A stretch of DNA of 64,000 nucleotides from Oikopleura dioica (GCA_907165135.1 OU015566.1:930001-994000); one strand, 5' to 3'. Shown: positions 39,824 through 52,957, counted from the stretch's first letter. Notes: generated by a model from the sequence alone, not told the origin. A program made the numbers and translations.

Positions 39824-40894
39824 CTAGAAGAAGGATATTGAGATGGCTTTTCTGGAATAAAAAGGTACAGTAAGAAACTGCAGCTTGCGCAAGTTTATCA
39901 CGTGGTGCCCGTTCTCAACCCGCACGTTAGCATAAAACTTGATTTGCTCAAAATAGCGTCAATAAGCCAGCAACGTGCATTGAGCCCGTTAACACGATCA
40001 AAAATATACTTTCTAGCACTTACCAGTTCGCGCGGTCGTTGTTTGACGAAAGTCCTAAAAGGAAGAGTTAGCCACAATAAGCGATTTGATGTCGGCCTGT
40101 CAGCACCCTCTGCAGAAGGATAAAAATAGCAAAAAAGAGCTGTCAACAGGAAAAATGGGTGATTTAGGGGGGCTTGGTTTCGCGCCAATTCGGAGCAATA
40201 TGTTTTGACGTCAAAACGAAAAACAAGGTCTGAAACCTGGTTTTGAGCGATTGAGAAACTAGATTCTCGATTTCTCAATGAAATTTTATGATTTGTGAGT
40301 TAAAAATTAATCAAAATTAAATATTTTTTTTTTATTTTTTAATTCTTTATTAAATTTTAAATTTATGAAATAATTTAATTGAACTCTAAAGAACAATTTT
40401 TTTTTAATTTGCTGCTTAAATATAAGATTAAATAACTATATAAATTTTAAAAGACAAGAAAAAAATGACTGTACTTACAAAGAAATTAATCGTCTCTGCC
40501 AGCAAACTGCTTAAAAAAAGAACTACTAGTTTCATTGTTTTTGATCGGTGTTTTAATTTGAGTTGACTCTTGAATAGATAATTTTTCGTTTTGAAAAAAA
40601 GTTGCACGTATGGGTTGAACCCTGGGGCTAAGTAAGGCATAGCGCCCCATGCGGACTGTTGAAATCCGCGAATCACTGTCATGATCAGACGACTGTGCTT
40701 CCTGCGCTGAAAACTGAAGTTCAAGGGAAGCGGAAACTTTTCAACCATCTCAAGTGATAAGGAAAAACATCTTCCTCTCTGATAACAATGAAGATTTCCG
40801 CGTTTTGTCGCTAGGCCAATCAAATAAAAGAGAAATTAATTAAATAAAGGAAGTATTAAGCTTTTTTCCTGGATTTTTCAGGGGTGTGCTTCAA

Positions 40895-40976
40895 GGGTGT
40901 CAGCAGCCCAACGGCCAGTCAAACCCCGTCGAACTGAGTCCTGTGGTTTTATTTGGCCGGTAGATTGTTGACACCC
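40895..40976. mobile_element. Possible 82-bp mini element, gggtgtca..tgacaccc-TTAA
   Basis: 8-bp TIR; left flank TCAA, right flank TTAA. Confidence 0.35.
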
Positions 40977-41591
40977 TTAAGACAAAACCACTAAAAATCC
41001 TGGAAAAATTCAAGAACTTCTTATTTCTTATTATTTTAAAAATGTTTACCGGAAAAAGAAAAAAAAATGAAAAAAAAATCATTGATTTTTTAAATCGATA
41101 ATTCTTCAAAACAAACTTTTCCAAGACTTCTTGCCAAGATCGAAAAAAAGCAGAAGGTTGAGAGAAAGTTTTATTGCTTTCTTGTTAACACTTCTATTTT
41201 TTCTCGAGGTCATCGCCGCTCGGGTTAAACCTTTGCGGCCATTTTTTCCGCGAAAGAACTTTTTTATCAATTCTCTCACAATTTAGTTTGTATCGTAACA
41301 TGTTTCCCAAAAATGGAATGGACTCGTGGAAAGCGCTAGTTCATTTGTTATGACTAGCCATGTTTTACTGATGCAGACTCAACCAAAAAATGCAAGAAAC
41401 TAGATGTTGTTACAAGATTATTCCACGACATGGATTACCGAACCTGAACCTTGGCCTTGGAAAATGACGAAAGGTCTCCAATTTCTACAAACAGAGAAAC
41501 AAACCTTTTTACCTCGAGACGCATATCGACCCATTTTTGGTAACGCGGTTCAATACTCATTTGTTCTTTCGAGTTTGGAAAAAAAATTCTC

Positions 41592-41741
41592 GGTTTAGGA
41601 TTAGGAATAGGGGCTTGAAGATCACTTTCGGGGTCCCGGGGGGGCGAAGTCCCTGAGTTAGGCGTTAGGGGGGGGGGCTGGGTTAGGACTCTCGCCAAAT
41701 AATACAATTGTTGATCTTGTCTAAATCTAGGTTAGGGTTAG
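41592..41741 (+). repeat. Degenerate TTAGGG-like tract
   Basis: ttaggattagg, ttaggcgttaggg, gggttagg, taggttagggttag. Confidence 0.4.
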
Positions 41742-42235
41742 TATCATCAAGAAAATTTTTAAGAAAAACTTTTATTGGATTAAGGGATTAGCCCCCGGAT
41801 TTCCCGAACTTTGAACCGTATCTTCTTTTTTCTGGCCTTCCATACGGGGCTGATGAAGAGCTCATCTGAAATCTCGTTTCTTATGGAACAAATTTGGTAG
41901 AATCAGCTTCCTATGTTAACATTCACTACTGCATTAGAGGCCGTCAAAGTGATGATGGTTGGCGAAAATGGCCATTTTTGGCCATATTCAAATTGCATCT
42001 CCGTTTTTTTTTTTGGTCTTTTCAAGCGAAAAATTTCTCAGAGAGTTTCATTATTCTAAACATTGGTCGTGACAACTAGATGGTAACTAGACAAAAAATG
42101 CATTGGCGCCGCCTAGTGAGCGCGTGTTGTACGTCGCCATAAATACCGAATTCGAAGCGTCGAGAAACCAAGAAATCATCGAATTTCCTCAGCTTTTTAG
42201 ATAATAAAAAGCTAAAAAAAACCAACTGACTAAAA

Positions 42236-42857
42236 ATGAAACTTTTCCTTGGAATCGTCGCTGCTGTTTCAGTAAGTCAAATTTTAACGAAAAAATTTTC
42301 CAAAATTGAAAAGAGAAAGATTTCGATTTCGAAAATTAATTTTTCATTTTCAGGCTCAAGGAGGATCGACCGGAGGAAGCGGATACTACCAACCGGTTTT
42401 CCGACCCTACTACGTCAACGAGTGCTGGACCTGCAACTCTACCAGCTGGGAGGACTGCCAGAACGACGGATACTACGACTCCTGCATGGAAAACGAGCAA
42501 GTCTGCGAGATCGGAGTCCGAAAGCGAAAAGACGGGCCCGAGCAGATCATCACCGGCTGCAAGTGGTACCGAGCATGCAGAGACAACCACGACCAAAACG
42601 CTGACTACCTCGAAAAAGGCCTTCCGCTGAAGGAGTGGCAGTGCCAGCCCCACTGGCAAGGCGGCCTCAACGGATCCGTCTGCCGACAATGCTGCAACAC
42701 CGGAAAAGACTGCGGCATCGACTTCCTCCAAAGAGAAGATGACGGCCTTGGACCAAAAACATACTCGGCATGGAACAGCTACAACTTGATCAACTGGCAT
42801 GAAGTCACCGGAGAAGGACCAAACTACCCATTCGGCGTCCAGCGAGATGAAAACTAA
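42236..42857 (+). CDS. Secreted Cys-rich protein, three-finger/Ly6-like spacing, oikosin-like
   Basis: Signal exon MKLFLGIVAAVS, GT-AG intron 42272-42353, then CWTC..C..C..C..GC..AC..C..CRQCC..C. Confidence 0.8.
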
Positions 42858-43112
42858 ATTCTCTGTTTCTTTCGCTTTTCGTTAACTTTCGAGAATAAAG
42901 ATGAAAATTCGAAAAAATTCTGATAATAATTTAAAAAATAATAATATAAACTATATTATTATTATCTTTTATTCATTTTAGATAATCAGATGCAAAAAGA
43001 CAATGTCAATAAATTTCATTCTCCATCATTCTTTGAATTATCAGCTTGAGTTGAATGAGAAATCATTTATTGGAAAGATAAGAGTATCATGAAGGCTTTC
43101 TTATTGCAATTT

Positions 43113-44040
43113 TTAACCAATGGCAATTTGCGCTTGGTACATGTCAGATGACGGTTCCAGCGGCTGCTCGACCGTTTCAAGCATGAATTTCGCGACGTCT
43201 GCTCGACTCACTCTTTGAACCCCTGAATTTCTTTTTCAGGCAGAATGCCGGTTTTGAGTTTTTTACCTTTGTCTTTTCTGGAATCCATTCTATCACCCAC
43301 TTCATACTCCATTTTCCTGTCCGTGAGCGGTCCATTTGTTAGGCCAGGTGGATTGACCATCGTCCAGGCGAGGTCGGACGCGTCTTTTCTGAGACTTTCG
43401 CGCATTCGTTTCATGTCTTCGAGAACTCGACCGATGATGCTTGAAAGGAAAAATCGCTAAAAAAAGGCGTCAGAATCGAAATATAGAAAGTGCTCACCAA
43501 AAAATAGCCGCCAAGACCCGATCCAGCATCAGAACCGTTGTTGTTATTGTACCAGCTTCCCATGACAAGAATTCTTGTAATATTCTGCGTCCTCATCGCT
43601 CCTGTAATTGGCCCGATTGACCTGGAATACCCGTCGGTCATTTTTGTTTCAGGATTTTTCGGAAAACCGCCGAGACAGGAAACGACAGCGTCCGAATTTG
43701 CGAGATGCTGGGCAAGATCTGTTTGATCGAAGATGTTGCATTTGACGATTTTGAGCTTTGGATCTAAAAAAAAAATAAATAAAAGCAGATTTTTTTGATG
43801 AAAATTTTGATAATTTTGCTTAAAGTTTTTCAAAATTAACAAATTTTGGTTATTTTATTTAAGACATCAATCAATTTTTACAACTAAAAAATCCATTTTT
43901 TTCCTGAGAATATTCTTACTTTCGATTTTGATCTTCTCCGGCGATCTGACGAGCGCGACAACTTCATGATCTTTCTCTAGCGCGAGTCTTAAAAAATGAG
44001 CTCCTGTAGCACCAGTTGCGCCAAACAATGCAATTCTCAT
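43113..44040 (-). CDS. BLVRB: Flavin reductase (NADPH)/biliverdin reductase B-like NAD(P)-binding protein
   Basis: MRIALFGATGATG Rossmann motif, VVALVRSPEK, DAVVSCLG, WTMVNPPGL, RVSRADVAKFML; three GT-AG introns. Confidence 0.88.
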
Positions 44041-44252
44041 TTTTCGCGAGTTTTTACCGCTTTTTCTCGCCTCGTTTTTGAAATTAAAAAAGGAGGACGA
44101 GCTTGTGCCTGGAGCGACGTTATGTGTGATTTGCTCAATGAACTGTTGCGTCAACTGAGCTCACACACAAACTCACGTGACGTAAGACCTTTTTTTATTG
44201 TTTGCTAAAAAGGGGGTAAATATCATTGCTGCACGATACGAAAACCCCTTTA

Positions 44253-44877
44253 CGGGGCGCTCTATGAAAATCGCTGAATTTCGTTGAATGTCGCCACTTT
44301 TTAATACAGGCTTTAAGGACCCCCCCGTCAACAATTTTCCTCGAAAAATTGAAAATTTCAAAATAGCCATATTTTGGCTTCTTAGTGTAACTGGAAGTTC
44401 AATACACCGTAAAAACTTGTTCGGAACACTTTTTGACCAATTAAAATCTGAAATTATAGCAAAATTTGGACTTTTTCGTCATTTTGGTCAAAAAGTCCGA
44501 TTTTCAAACGCGATTTTGAGGGTGTTAGAGTCAAGATAGACCCCCAAAAAATGAAGCCTCAAAATCGTTTTTTGATCTGTAGAATCCATTTCCGGGGTCA
44601 AAATTCTGAATTTCCGAAAATAAATTTTTCGAAAATTGTTGACGGGGGGGTCCTTAAAAAAACAAATTTTCTTCTGAAAAACTCTCTTTCAAAAATGAGT
44701 GCCGAGATTTAGCGACATTTGGCGAAATTCGGCGACATTGAGCGACATTCGATGAATTACTATAAGAATATTTTCGATAGAAAAAAAATTTTTTCCCCGA
44801 AAATTCTTATGGTAATTCATCTTCGGCGATATTCGGCGACATTCAGCTACATTCGGCGATTCACCAGTGTCGCCCTG
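44253..44877. mobile_element. Possible older element with (cgacattcgg)-like 10-bp repeats, interrupted by the 44317 MITE
   Basis: Repeats at 44710-44860, an inverted copy gaatgtcgcc at ~44286, end cagtgtcgccctg. No TSD match. Confidence 0.4.
44317..44653. mobile_element. TTAA-GG..CC-TTAA MITE (Kolobok-like), 337 bp
   Basis: Perfect 23-bp TIR ggacccccccgtcaacaattttc; TTAA 44313-16 and 44654-57. Confidence 0.93.
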
Positions 44878-45349
44878 TTTTTTCTTGATGATAAATCTTT
44901 ATGGAGTTCTTTTATAGCTAAAATATCTTATTAAGCGACTCTTTGGGCCATAGTCTATGGCCCTTCATTTTTAGAAAAAAACGAGTCATAGCAATTTATC
45001 CAATTTACAAATCCCCTTGAGACCTGTTTTCCCGCTCGATAGATCTGCAACGAAATGTCTTTTCGTAAGCTTCTTTTCAGAGAAAGCCGTTTTGATGCTT
45101 CTCCAAAATGGTAAGCTAAGAAAAAGAAAATCAAAAGATAAAACTCTTATCGATGACGGCAGGTTGCTGGGAAAAGATGCCTTTGCTCACAGAGTAAATA
45201 GCCAGACGTCTCAATTTCTCATGCATTTCAAATGTTTGCCTCGACCAGAGTTTTACTGAGAAAAACTGACTTTTGATTATTGACATTTAAAAATGAAGAA
45301 CGACCGGCGATTTTCGTATTATACCTTCAGAAAGGTTTGCTGGAATTAA

Positions 45350-45694
45350 TGACCACCCCCTCCCCCCGTCAACAATTTTCCTAAAAAATCGAAAATTTCA
45401 AAAAAGCCATATTTTGGCTTCTGAGTGTGCCTGGAAGTTTCATACATCGTTAAAACTTGTTCGGAGCAATTCTTGACCGATAAACTCTAAAATTTTAGCA
45501 AATTTGGTATTTTTTCGTCATTTTCCGTCAAAAAGTCCAATTTTGAAACGCCATTTTGAGGGTGAAGAAGTCGAGATAGACCCCCAAAAATGACGCCTCG
45601 AAATCGTTTTTGACCTAAAGAATCCATTTCCGGGGTCAAAATTTTGAAATTCCAAGAATAAATTTTTCGAAAAGTGTTGACGGGGGGGGGGTCC
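45350..45694. mobile_element. Second full copy of the 44317 MITE family
   Basis: Collinear throughout with 44317-44653; TTAA 45346-49 and 45695-98. Confidence 0.9.
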
Positions 45695-46457
45695 TTAATG
45701 ACCCCTCCCTCGTCACCTTTTTCATTCGAAAAATGATATAATTGGCTGATCCTGAGAAAAAGGCCCCTGAATTGAAAGTTATTTTCATTCTTTTTGGTAA
45801 TGCGCCAAATTTTAAACCCGAACTAACGAGTTTTCCCACTTCCCAAATTTCACGTGGTATTTTCAAGTATCAAAATACGTCATGTCTCCGTCTTTTAAAA
45901 CCCATGCGCATATTATATTGTCGGAGAGGAGAATATTATACAGATTTTCAATATGCTCGTCAATTAAACAAAAGAGAGATAAAATCAGAAAAAAAAAAAT
46001 GAAGAGAGCCGCCCTTCTTCGAGTTTAACTGCCCGTAGAAACCAAACAAAAAAAAAGAAGACGAAGAGAAGGGATAATGAGCTCTGGGCGAAATTGAAAG
46101 GGCCATAATGATGGTATCAAAGGACAGGAGACAACAAAGAGAACTTGAGCAGAACAGAGTCAACTTTGCGACTTGTCAAAATGAAATGACGCAAAATAAG
46201 GTGACCCGGAACTTCAATACAATTTCTTTTGATGAACACAGAATCCTTATGGCCAATAAGTTATGGGGACTACCTACGATTTCCTATTTTAAACAACCTG
46301 AAATTTGGGGGGCTTGATCGAAAAGAATCGATTTTGAACAAAATTTTTTCGGAGCTTTGATGGTCTAGCGACCGAATACAGACATCCGATTGGTCAAAAA
46401 ATCGGAAAAAAAATTGTTGAAATTTCCGAAGTTTTTTCGCCCGACTTTAATTTTTAG

Positions 46458-46535
46458 CCTAACCCTCACCCTAATTCGATCCCTAACCCTAATCTTAGCT
46501 CAACCCAAAGTTGAACCCTAACCCTTACCCTAACC
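46458..46535 (-). repeat. Degenerate CCCTAA (telomere-like) tract
   Basis: cctaaccctcaccctaa..ccctaaccctaa..accctaacccttaccctaacc. Confidence 0.5.
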
Positions 46536-46847
46536 AATGTCAAAGTGAAATGCTGATGTCGCTTTTTTGCCAAAAAAGAGACAAATTTTCTCATATTTGA
46601 AGACATTTTTTCAACATCCATGAGGAGGGCCTTTCCTCTTTGAGTAAAATTTCCCAGCCTTGTGAAAACAAGTGTTCAAAGCCAAAATCATCATGATAAC
46701 TTTCATGATAATTTCTTTTATTTCTGGCCCGGATCCGCTCGGAGCGTGTTGAAATCTTATTTTTTCGATAATTTTACTTTTCGTTTCGTTCTCGCGGGGA
46801 TAATTGTCAGATCAATTTTTGAATTATTTTTGGACGACGCCAGTTTC

Positions 46848-48243
46848 ATGAGATTTTATAAATGCGTAAAAGAGAGATTTGGCGAAGAAAAGGACTGACT
46901 AAATGATAATTTTCAGGACGAGGGCAGCTTGAAAGACAAAGTTTTGGAAGATCGATTCAGAACGGTGCGGCTCATAGGTGAGAAAATATTATGTAACATA
47001 CAGGGAGACAAATTTTTCCTCAGATTTTTATTTTGCGCTTGAAAAATAAATTTTTCTTTAATAATTTTGGAAGCCCAAAGTTTTAGTGAAAATTATTGAA
47101 TTTTTTTCGATTGAGCACCTTTATCCTAACCCTAACCCCGACCATAACCGTTATTTCTAAGGAACAGGATCCTTCGGCGAAATATACCTCGGAGCAGACT
47201 TGTCACGTGACAGCAACTCGGTCGACGTAGCAATAAAGGTACTCCTCCTTGATTTTTCTTCCTTATTTTCCAATCAATCTAATAGGTCGAGCCGAAGCGA
47301 CTCCGCGGTCAATTAAAATTCGAAAGCCACGTCTACGAAATCCTCCGATCGGAAAATGGCTTTCCTCATTTGCGCAAATTCGGCGAGGACAATATTTTGA
47401 GCGTCAACTACTTGGCGATGGATTTGCTCGGACCGACGGTCGAGGATCTCTTTAACTTTTGCGACAAGTCGTTTTCGCTAAAGACGATTTTGATGCTCAT
47501 TGAACAACTTTTGTGCAGATTGGAGTGTATTCATTCCAAAGGGCTGGTTCACCGGTAATTTATGAAAAGAAGAAGGACTTTCACTCTCCCCCTTTTAGTG
47601 ACATCAAACCAGACAATCTGGTCATGGGACTCAACCACATGTCTAAAACCGTGATGATGATCGACTTCGGCATCGCGAAATTCTTCCGAAAGCGAAATCA
47701 ACCTTTCGACCACATTCTCGAAGACGATTCTAGAGGCAGTCGAGGGATCATCGGCACTCCTAGATATTGCTCTGTCAATGCTCATAGAGGTAGGGAAATG
47801 AAAATGGAGAAAAAAGACTATTTGAATGAGGAACTCGTCTTTCAAGAAGAGATGATATGGAATCCCTAGCATATGTGATCGTCTATTTTTTGAAAGGAAA
47901 GCTTCCTTGGCAAAATATTCAAGGTAGGGCTTCTTCATCGGGGGAAATTATAAAGCGTTATTTTTTAGTTCAAGGAAAGTTCAAAAAGCTGGAAGCAATT
48001 CACGACAAAAAGAAAAACACCAACTTCAGCGACTACCTCTCCGGATTCCCGAAGGAATTCGTCATCTTCGTCGACTACTGCCGCAATTTACCCTTCAAAG
48101 CAACGCCTGATTATATGTTCCTAAGGTTTTCCCCTCCCTAAAGCAGCCTTCTTACCGTTTTCTTCAGAAATCTATTCCGTTGCCTTGGCCAAAAATGGAA
48201 CATCCAATACGATCTCAAATTCGACTGGAGCAAGCAAAAATAA
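46848..48243 (+). CDS. Casein kinase 1 family kinase, divergent; start uncertain
   Basis: IGTGSFGEIY, VAIK, MDLLGPTVEDLF, FSLKTILML, HRDIKPDN, IDFGIAK, GTPRYCSVNAH, SRRDDMES, LPWQ, PDY..LR, FDW; canonical introns. Confidence 0.92.
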
Positions 48244-50248
48244 GTTCAATTTTCCAACCCATCGACAAGTTCAAATCAACAGAATTACAAAGATTTTTAT
48301 TCGTTTTTTTTCAGCCAAGAAAATTTCTTGCTTGTTTTTGATGAGCTTTGAAAGCCATCATTTGTCGGCAGCGAGGGTTTGAGATACAGTAGCGCATCCG
48401 GTAGTCTAAAGATCATTGATCTAACCCTTATGAACTCCCTTAACTTACTTGTAACTGGATTCGTCGATTTTTTGATAGGAAACCAGGTGCCAGAAACAGT
48501 AGTAAAAATAGCAAAAATAACTGAGAATCTCATTTTTAATCAAATCTTCTGCCTGTGTCTTCGATTATATTATATTAACTTGTGAATAATGAAGGCGAAA
48601 CTGTCGATCATTATCTGGGTAATGGATGGGAGCCGGACAGTCACCTCAGAAAATATGGAACAGTCTGAGAATTCCAAACTGAATGATGATCTGATTAATT
48701 ATGAAAGACCTCTTCCAACTTCTTTTCTAGTTTTGAAACATGTTACATGTCCGAAAATCTTGCTTCCGAACAAATTTGTCCTTCACTTGAACTTCAACGA
48801 GGATGGGAAAAGAGCTTTGTTTACGACAATCAAAATATGTCACTTCAAATTTTGATGAGCGCATCCTAAATCGAAAATTATACTTGGGATAATTCGCCCG
48901 ATTTTAACTGCAATCTCGTGCTGTGCGTAATTGGGGGCTCAAATACCGGCATTATCCCACTGATCGCACTGGCGACTATGTCATTATTTTGACATGGATT
49001 TTGAAGGTTTAGCGGAGCCCCGATCGAGAAGATTAGCTTATTACTCTATTTGAAGGTTTGATTAAACTCGGTCCTGAAGCCAAAAATTGATTTTAATATA
49101 AAGATTCTTCAGTCGAAATGAATTTCGCTCTTCACTTTCGCGATCCTCAAAATGTCAACAGTGTCAGTCAAAAGTGAAAATGCCATGGCCAGCCATTCTA
49201 TTTCTACTATTTTTAAGGGCTGTCGGAAATCAAGAGGCAAACATCGTAAACCCACTTTTTCCAGCTGATTTTTGAATAAGTGATTGTATTTGGAATCCTT
49301 CATTTTTTGACAATTATTGCCAATTTATGACTGTTCTCAGAAAAGTGGGCACGGCACTCTGTCCAGAAAATCTGAGTCAGGGTTTGCCAACCTCAGAATT
49401 TTGGAAAAAGGAGCACCTGGAAAATGGCGAACTTTGATCATGAAAATTATTCATAGATGCTGTTTGAAAAAGCATCATTTTTTTGACGGATTTGATGTCA
49501 TAAAACTGTCATTTTTTCTCCTAAAAATAATTTTTCCGCAATTCGAAAAGATCAAAGGCCTAATTTTGCAAATGATGGACAGGTGAGACTGACCGGAACA
49601 AAGCGTTCTTTCTTTTAGCGCAGGTGGAAAATTCTACCGCGCGTGCGCCTTTGACGCTTTCCAGCTGACTAATGATGTTGATAAATAATCTAAGCCGCGG
49701 TGTTATATCACGGCTCACGACAGGAAGTTCGCTTGTTTGGATGGTCAAACTTTTTTTTTTCATCATGGAAAGGAATGGAGTTGTTTTTCTGCCTGAAGAC
49801 GATTTCTTTCTTTCCTTTTCTCGCCAAATTAAAAATAAAGCTCCCCGGCGAGAGGGTGTAAATTAAACAGATTTTGATGAATTAACGGAATCAATCAAGT
49901 TTGCTGGGAGCGAAAGTCATCGTCATTCATTTTCGCGGCGAAAATTTCATCGTCGAAAAATCGTTAAAAATGGCTGCATTCCTTCTTTTTTTGGAGATGA
50001 TCTGCTGTATGAGAGACGGACCTCCCTGAGAGCTCAATTTAAGTTTATCGGTAAAACGCGTCATTCAAGCCCCTCCTGGTTTCTTTATGCGTGGGAAAAA
50101 GAAATGCAAAACTTTTAAAAAATATATTGGCAATAAAACATCAAAAGCAATGGTTAAAACGAGCAATGTAAAGAATCTTGACATCCTTCCCTTGAAAAAG
50201 ATGAAAAGAAAAAGGCAACCGCAATCAACAGATTTCAGACTGGCAGTC

Positions 50249-51015
50249 CAGGGGTCTAAATATCAGCCAAAAACCCAGTGCGAAAGCGAAGCGAAAGCGA
50301 AACTTTTTTTCAAATTTTTTGCGTAGAGAAAGCGAGGCGAATTTGAACTTCCAGTGCGAAGCGAAAGCGAAGCGAAAATTTCTTTAAAATTGCGAAAAAA
50401 AGCGAAAATTTTTCGAGGTTAAATTTCATTTCCATGGGTTGAGAGAAATTCAATAATTATAAAATCGACGATATTAAAGGCTAAATTCACAAAAGTTTTT
50501 GATACAAAAGGCGACGATCTCTTAGGAAAGCCCGAAAACTTATTGTTTTGCCGAATTATAAGGCCCAAACTAAGGTTCCGAAGCTTCTAAGAGAGCGCAA
50601 GCTCTTATCTTTCAAATAAGATGCGCAGGCCCTAAGCCTCAGGCTACTGTGACATTAACTTGCTTATAAGAATTAAACCTTAAAGTCAACCATCTCAAGT
50701 TAGGTACCTTTCGGCACTTTAAAAGGTTGAAAAATTCAAAGTGACGAATGGTTGCCAAGAGTTCTGTTGACAACATCACAAGTGTTTGAGATTCTTATTG
50801 ACGCCATAATAAAGAGTGAAAAGCAACTGCCTTCTCATAAATAATGTCACTTTTTCGCTTTTTTCGCTTTTTTCGCTTTTGAGAGTTTGATATTTTGTGC
50901 GAAGCGAAAGCGAAGCGAATTCTTTTCTCCAGTGCGAAGCGAAGCGAAAGCGAATTCGCTTCGCTTCGCATCGCTTCGCAATAAAGCGAATTCGCACTGC
51001 GAATTTAGACCCCTG
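50249..51015. mobile_element. hAT-like non-autonomous element with (GCGAA)n subterminal repeats
   Basis: Perfect 13-bp TIR caggggtctaaat; gcgaagcgaaagcgaa tracts near both ends. No matching TSD. Confidence 0.75.
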
Positions 51016-52303
51016 AGACTACAATTTACGAGAGCTCTTCGGTGCAAATTTGAAAATCTTTTTGATCTTCAAGACGAAAATTTGCAAGATTTGAAAGATT
51101 GATGGTTCCCCGATTTTTGGATCGAAACTGAGCTGAACTTTATTTTTAACTGGCCGAATCGACGAGGAAGATCACGATAAGTACTGCCAAATTAATTTGA
51201 AGAGACTTGGACTTTAAAAAAATCGCTTTTTTGCCAAGTAAAATCTTATAAAAACTGTCTCCCTGGCAACGAAAGTACGAAGATCTTTCTTTCTGTCTGC
51301 CGGTCAAACTCGCCAAGGTCAGACAATTGTATTTTGCAAATTAATCGTCTTCTTGAAAGTCACGTCTTAAAGATTATTTGCTGTCTTTCAATAGCCGGTA
51401 TAGCGTATAAAAGCGAGCCAGTTTCTTCGAAACTCGAAATACCGTTTCTTCTCACAAAAAAAACGGAACTTCTTTTTTCACTTTTTTAACATTTGTTCAT
51501 ATTATCCAGAAAGACGAGAAATTCGAGAAAGAATAGAGTAACCAAAACTCAAAGCCGGAAATTCTTCGCGATTCAGGTCCTCACTTCCAGTCAACAAACG
51601 GACAATTTCGGGAGGTTCTTCTTTTTGGAAAGTCCCAAGATTTTGACAGGTGCTTGAGAGATATCTGTTTCTGGACATTTCGAAAAATTAGAGATTTCTA
51701 AGCTTATTTGCTACTTCAAAAGTAAGACTGCTTGTAACTTCACTTAGTTATAAGCAATTTCTGAAGGCTGTAGTTATTTTATGATGTTTTTGACTGGAAT
51801 TATGTCGAAATTAACAAAGTAGCATAGGACGATTTTGGGTGCGAACGGCCGCGCCACGCGCCGTTTTTCCGATAGAATCCCTACGGATATATATTAAAAA
51901 TATTAAAAATATCAAAAAATTTTAATAAAATTGATTTATGATACTAATCTATCAATTGTTTCTTCAAGTGTTTGTTATCAGGTCGCGCAAATATACCCCT
52001 TGGCCATCGAGAAAATAAAGCGCGCTAATGCTTTTTGGGCTTCCCGCGCAGAGCGTAAAGGCGCTTTCCCCCTCGTCACTTTTCCTGCTCCAGCGCCCGG
52101 AGCAGCCGTTTTCCTGCCCCAAGCGCGTGGAGTTTTTGGCGCCCGAGAGCAAACCGTGCTCCAAAAAAACGCCACGGATTCGAGACCCAGATTCAGGATC
52201 CATCCACAGAGTTGACTAAGCGCGACACTCATCTCTCCTCTCGAGCGCCGGTCGGCTCGCGGCCAAGTCAATTAGTAAGTGCGCGCTAGCGAGCTCCCAG
52301 GGG

Positions 52304-52318
52304 ATATATAACCCGCCC
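52304..52318 (+). promoter_or_regulatory. TATA-containing 15-mer identical to the T-box promoter motif
   Basis: atatataacccgccc, 84 bp upstream of ATG 52388. Confidence 0.5.
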
Positions 52319-52387
52319 GCGGTGATCGTCTTCATCACAACAAAAAAGCACTTCAAAAGTATTTTTCCTTTTCGAAACGAGCTACAG

Positions 52388-52957
52388 ATGTCAATCAACA
52401 CAAAACGACCTCGATCGAAATCGCCCGCCGCTAAAGTCCCGCTTCGTAAAATTTCACCAAATTTGCCTTCGTTGAAAAACCACCTAAAGCCGCGTGGTCG
52501 ACCGAATGACTCAGTAAAGAGAGCCGAATCCCTCAAGCGACCTTCAAGCCCGACTCCAGTGCAGAAAAAGAGCGAAAAGAGACGAGCAATCGACAGCCAG
52601 GGAGCCCGGCCAAAACCATCAAGCTATCTTCGGCTTGATAGGTGTTCAAAGCACTCCTGGAGCCATTCCTTTTGCCGCGAATGGGGGCTCAACTGGCAGG
52701 GGATGTCGCGTAACAACCCCTTACCACGCACCGAAATCGAAGGGTTTCCGGATTTAACCCTGTTCCCCCTTGGCCCGCCAAAAACAACCCAACCTGAATG
52801 GTATCTCCGAATCATGACAGCTCCCGATGAAGATGACCCTGCTTTTATTGGTCCTCGAAGAGAGGAAAAGCCACAGACCAGTTTGTGCTTCCGCGAACAT
52901 AAAATCTTCATGGATGGACTCAAGTTCTGGCGAAATATGGAAAACGATGATTTTTAA
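52388..52957 (+). CDS. Intronless basic Pro/Ser/Lys-rich orphan ORF (189 aa from this ATG)
   Basis: Long, GC-enriched open frame with an upstream TATA motif; no recognised domain. Confidence 0.55.
   Translation: MSINTKRPRSKSPAAKVPLRKISPNLPSLKNHLKPRGRPNDSVKRAESLKRPSSPTPVQKKSEKRRAIDSQGARPKPSSYLRLDRCSKHSWSHSFCREWGLNWQGMSRNNPLPRTEIEGFPDLTLFPLGPPKTTQPEWYLRIMTAPDEDDPAFIGPRREEKPQTSLCFREHKIFMDGLKFWRNMENDDF

Noticed and set aside
39470-39873. Poly-Val, poly-Leu and poly-Gln ORFs, and the similar one at 58535-58909
   Set aside because: They are antisense or alternate-frame shadows of Thr-rich mucin exons.
48380-49310. Possible decayed transposase or retroelement ORFs
   Set aside because: No DDE, RT or zinc-finger motif was recognisable.
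50241-51023. 8-bp TSD for the GCGAA element
   Set aside because: Flanks tggcagtc and agactaca do not match, so the superfamily call rests on the TIR only.
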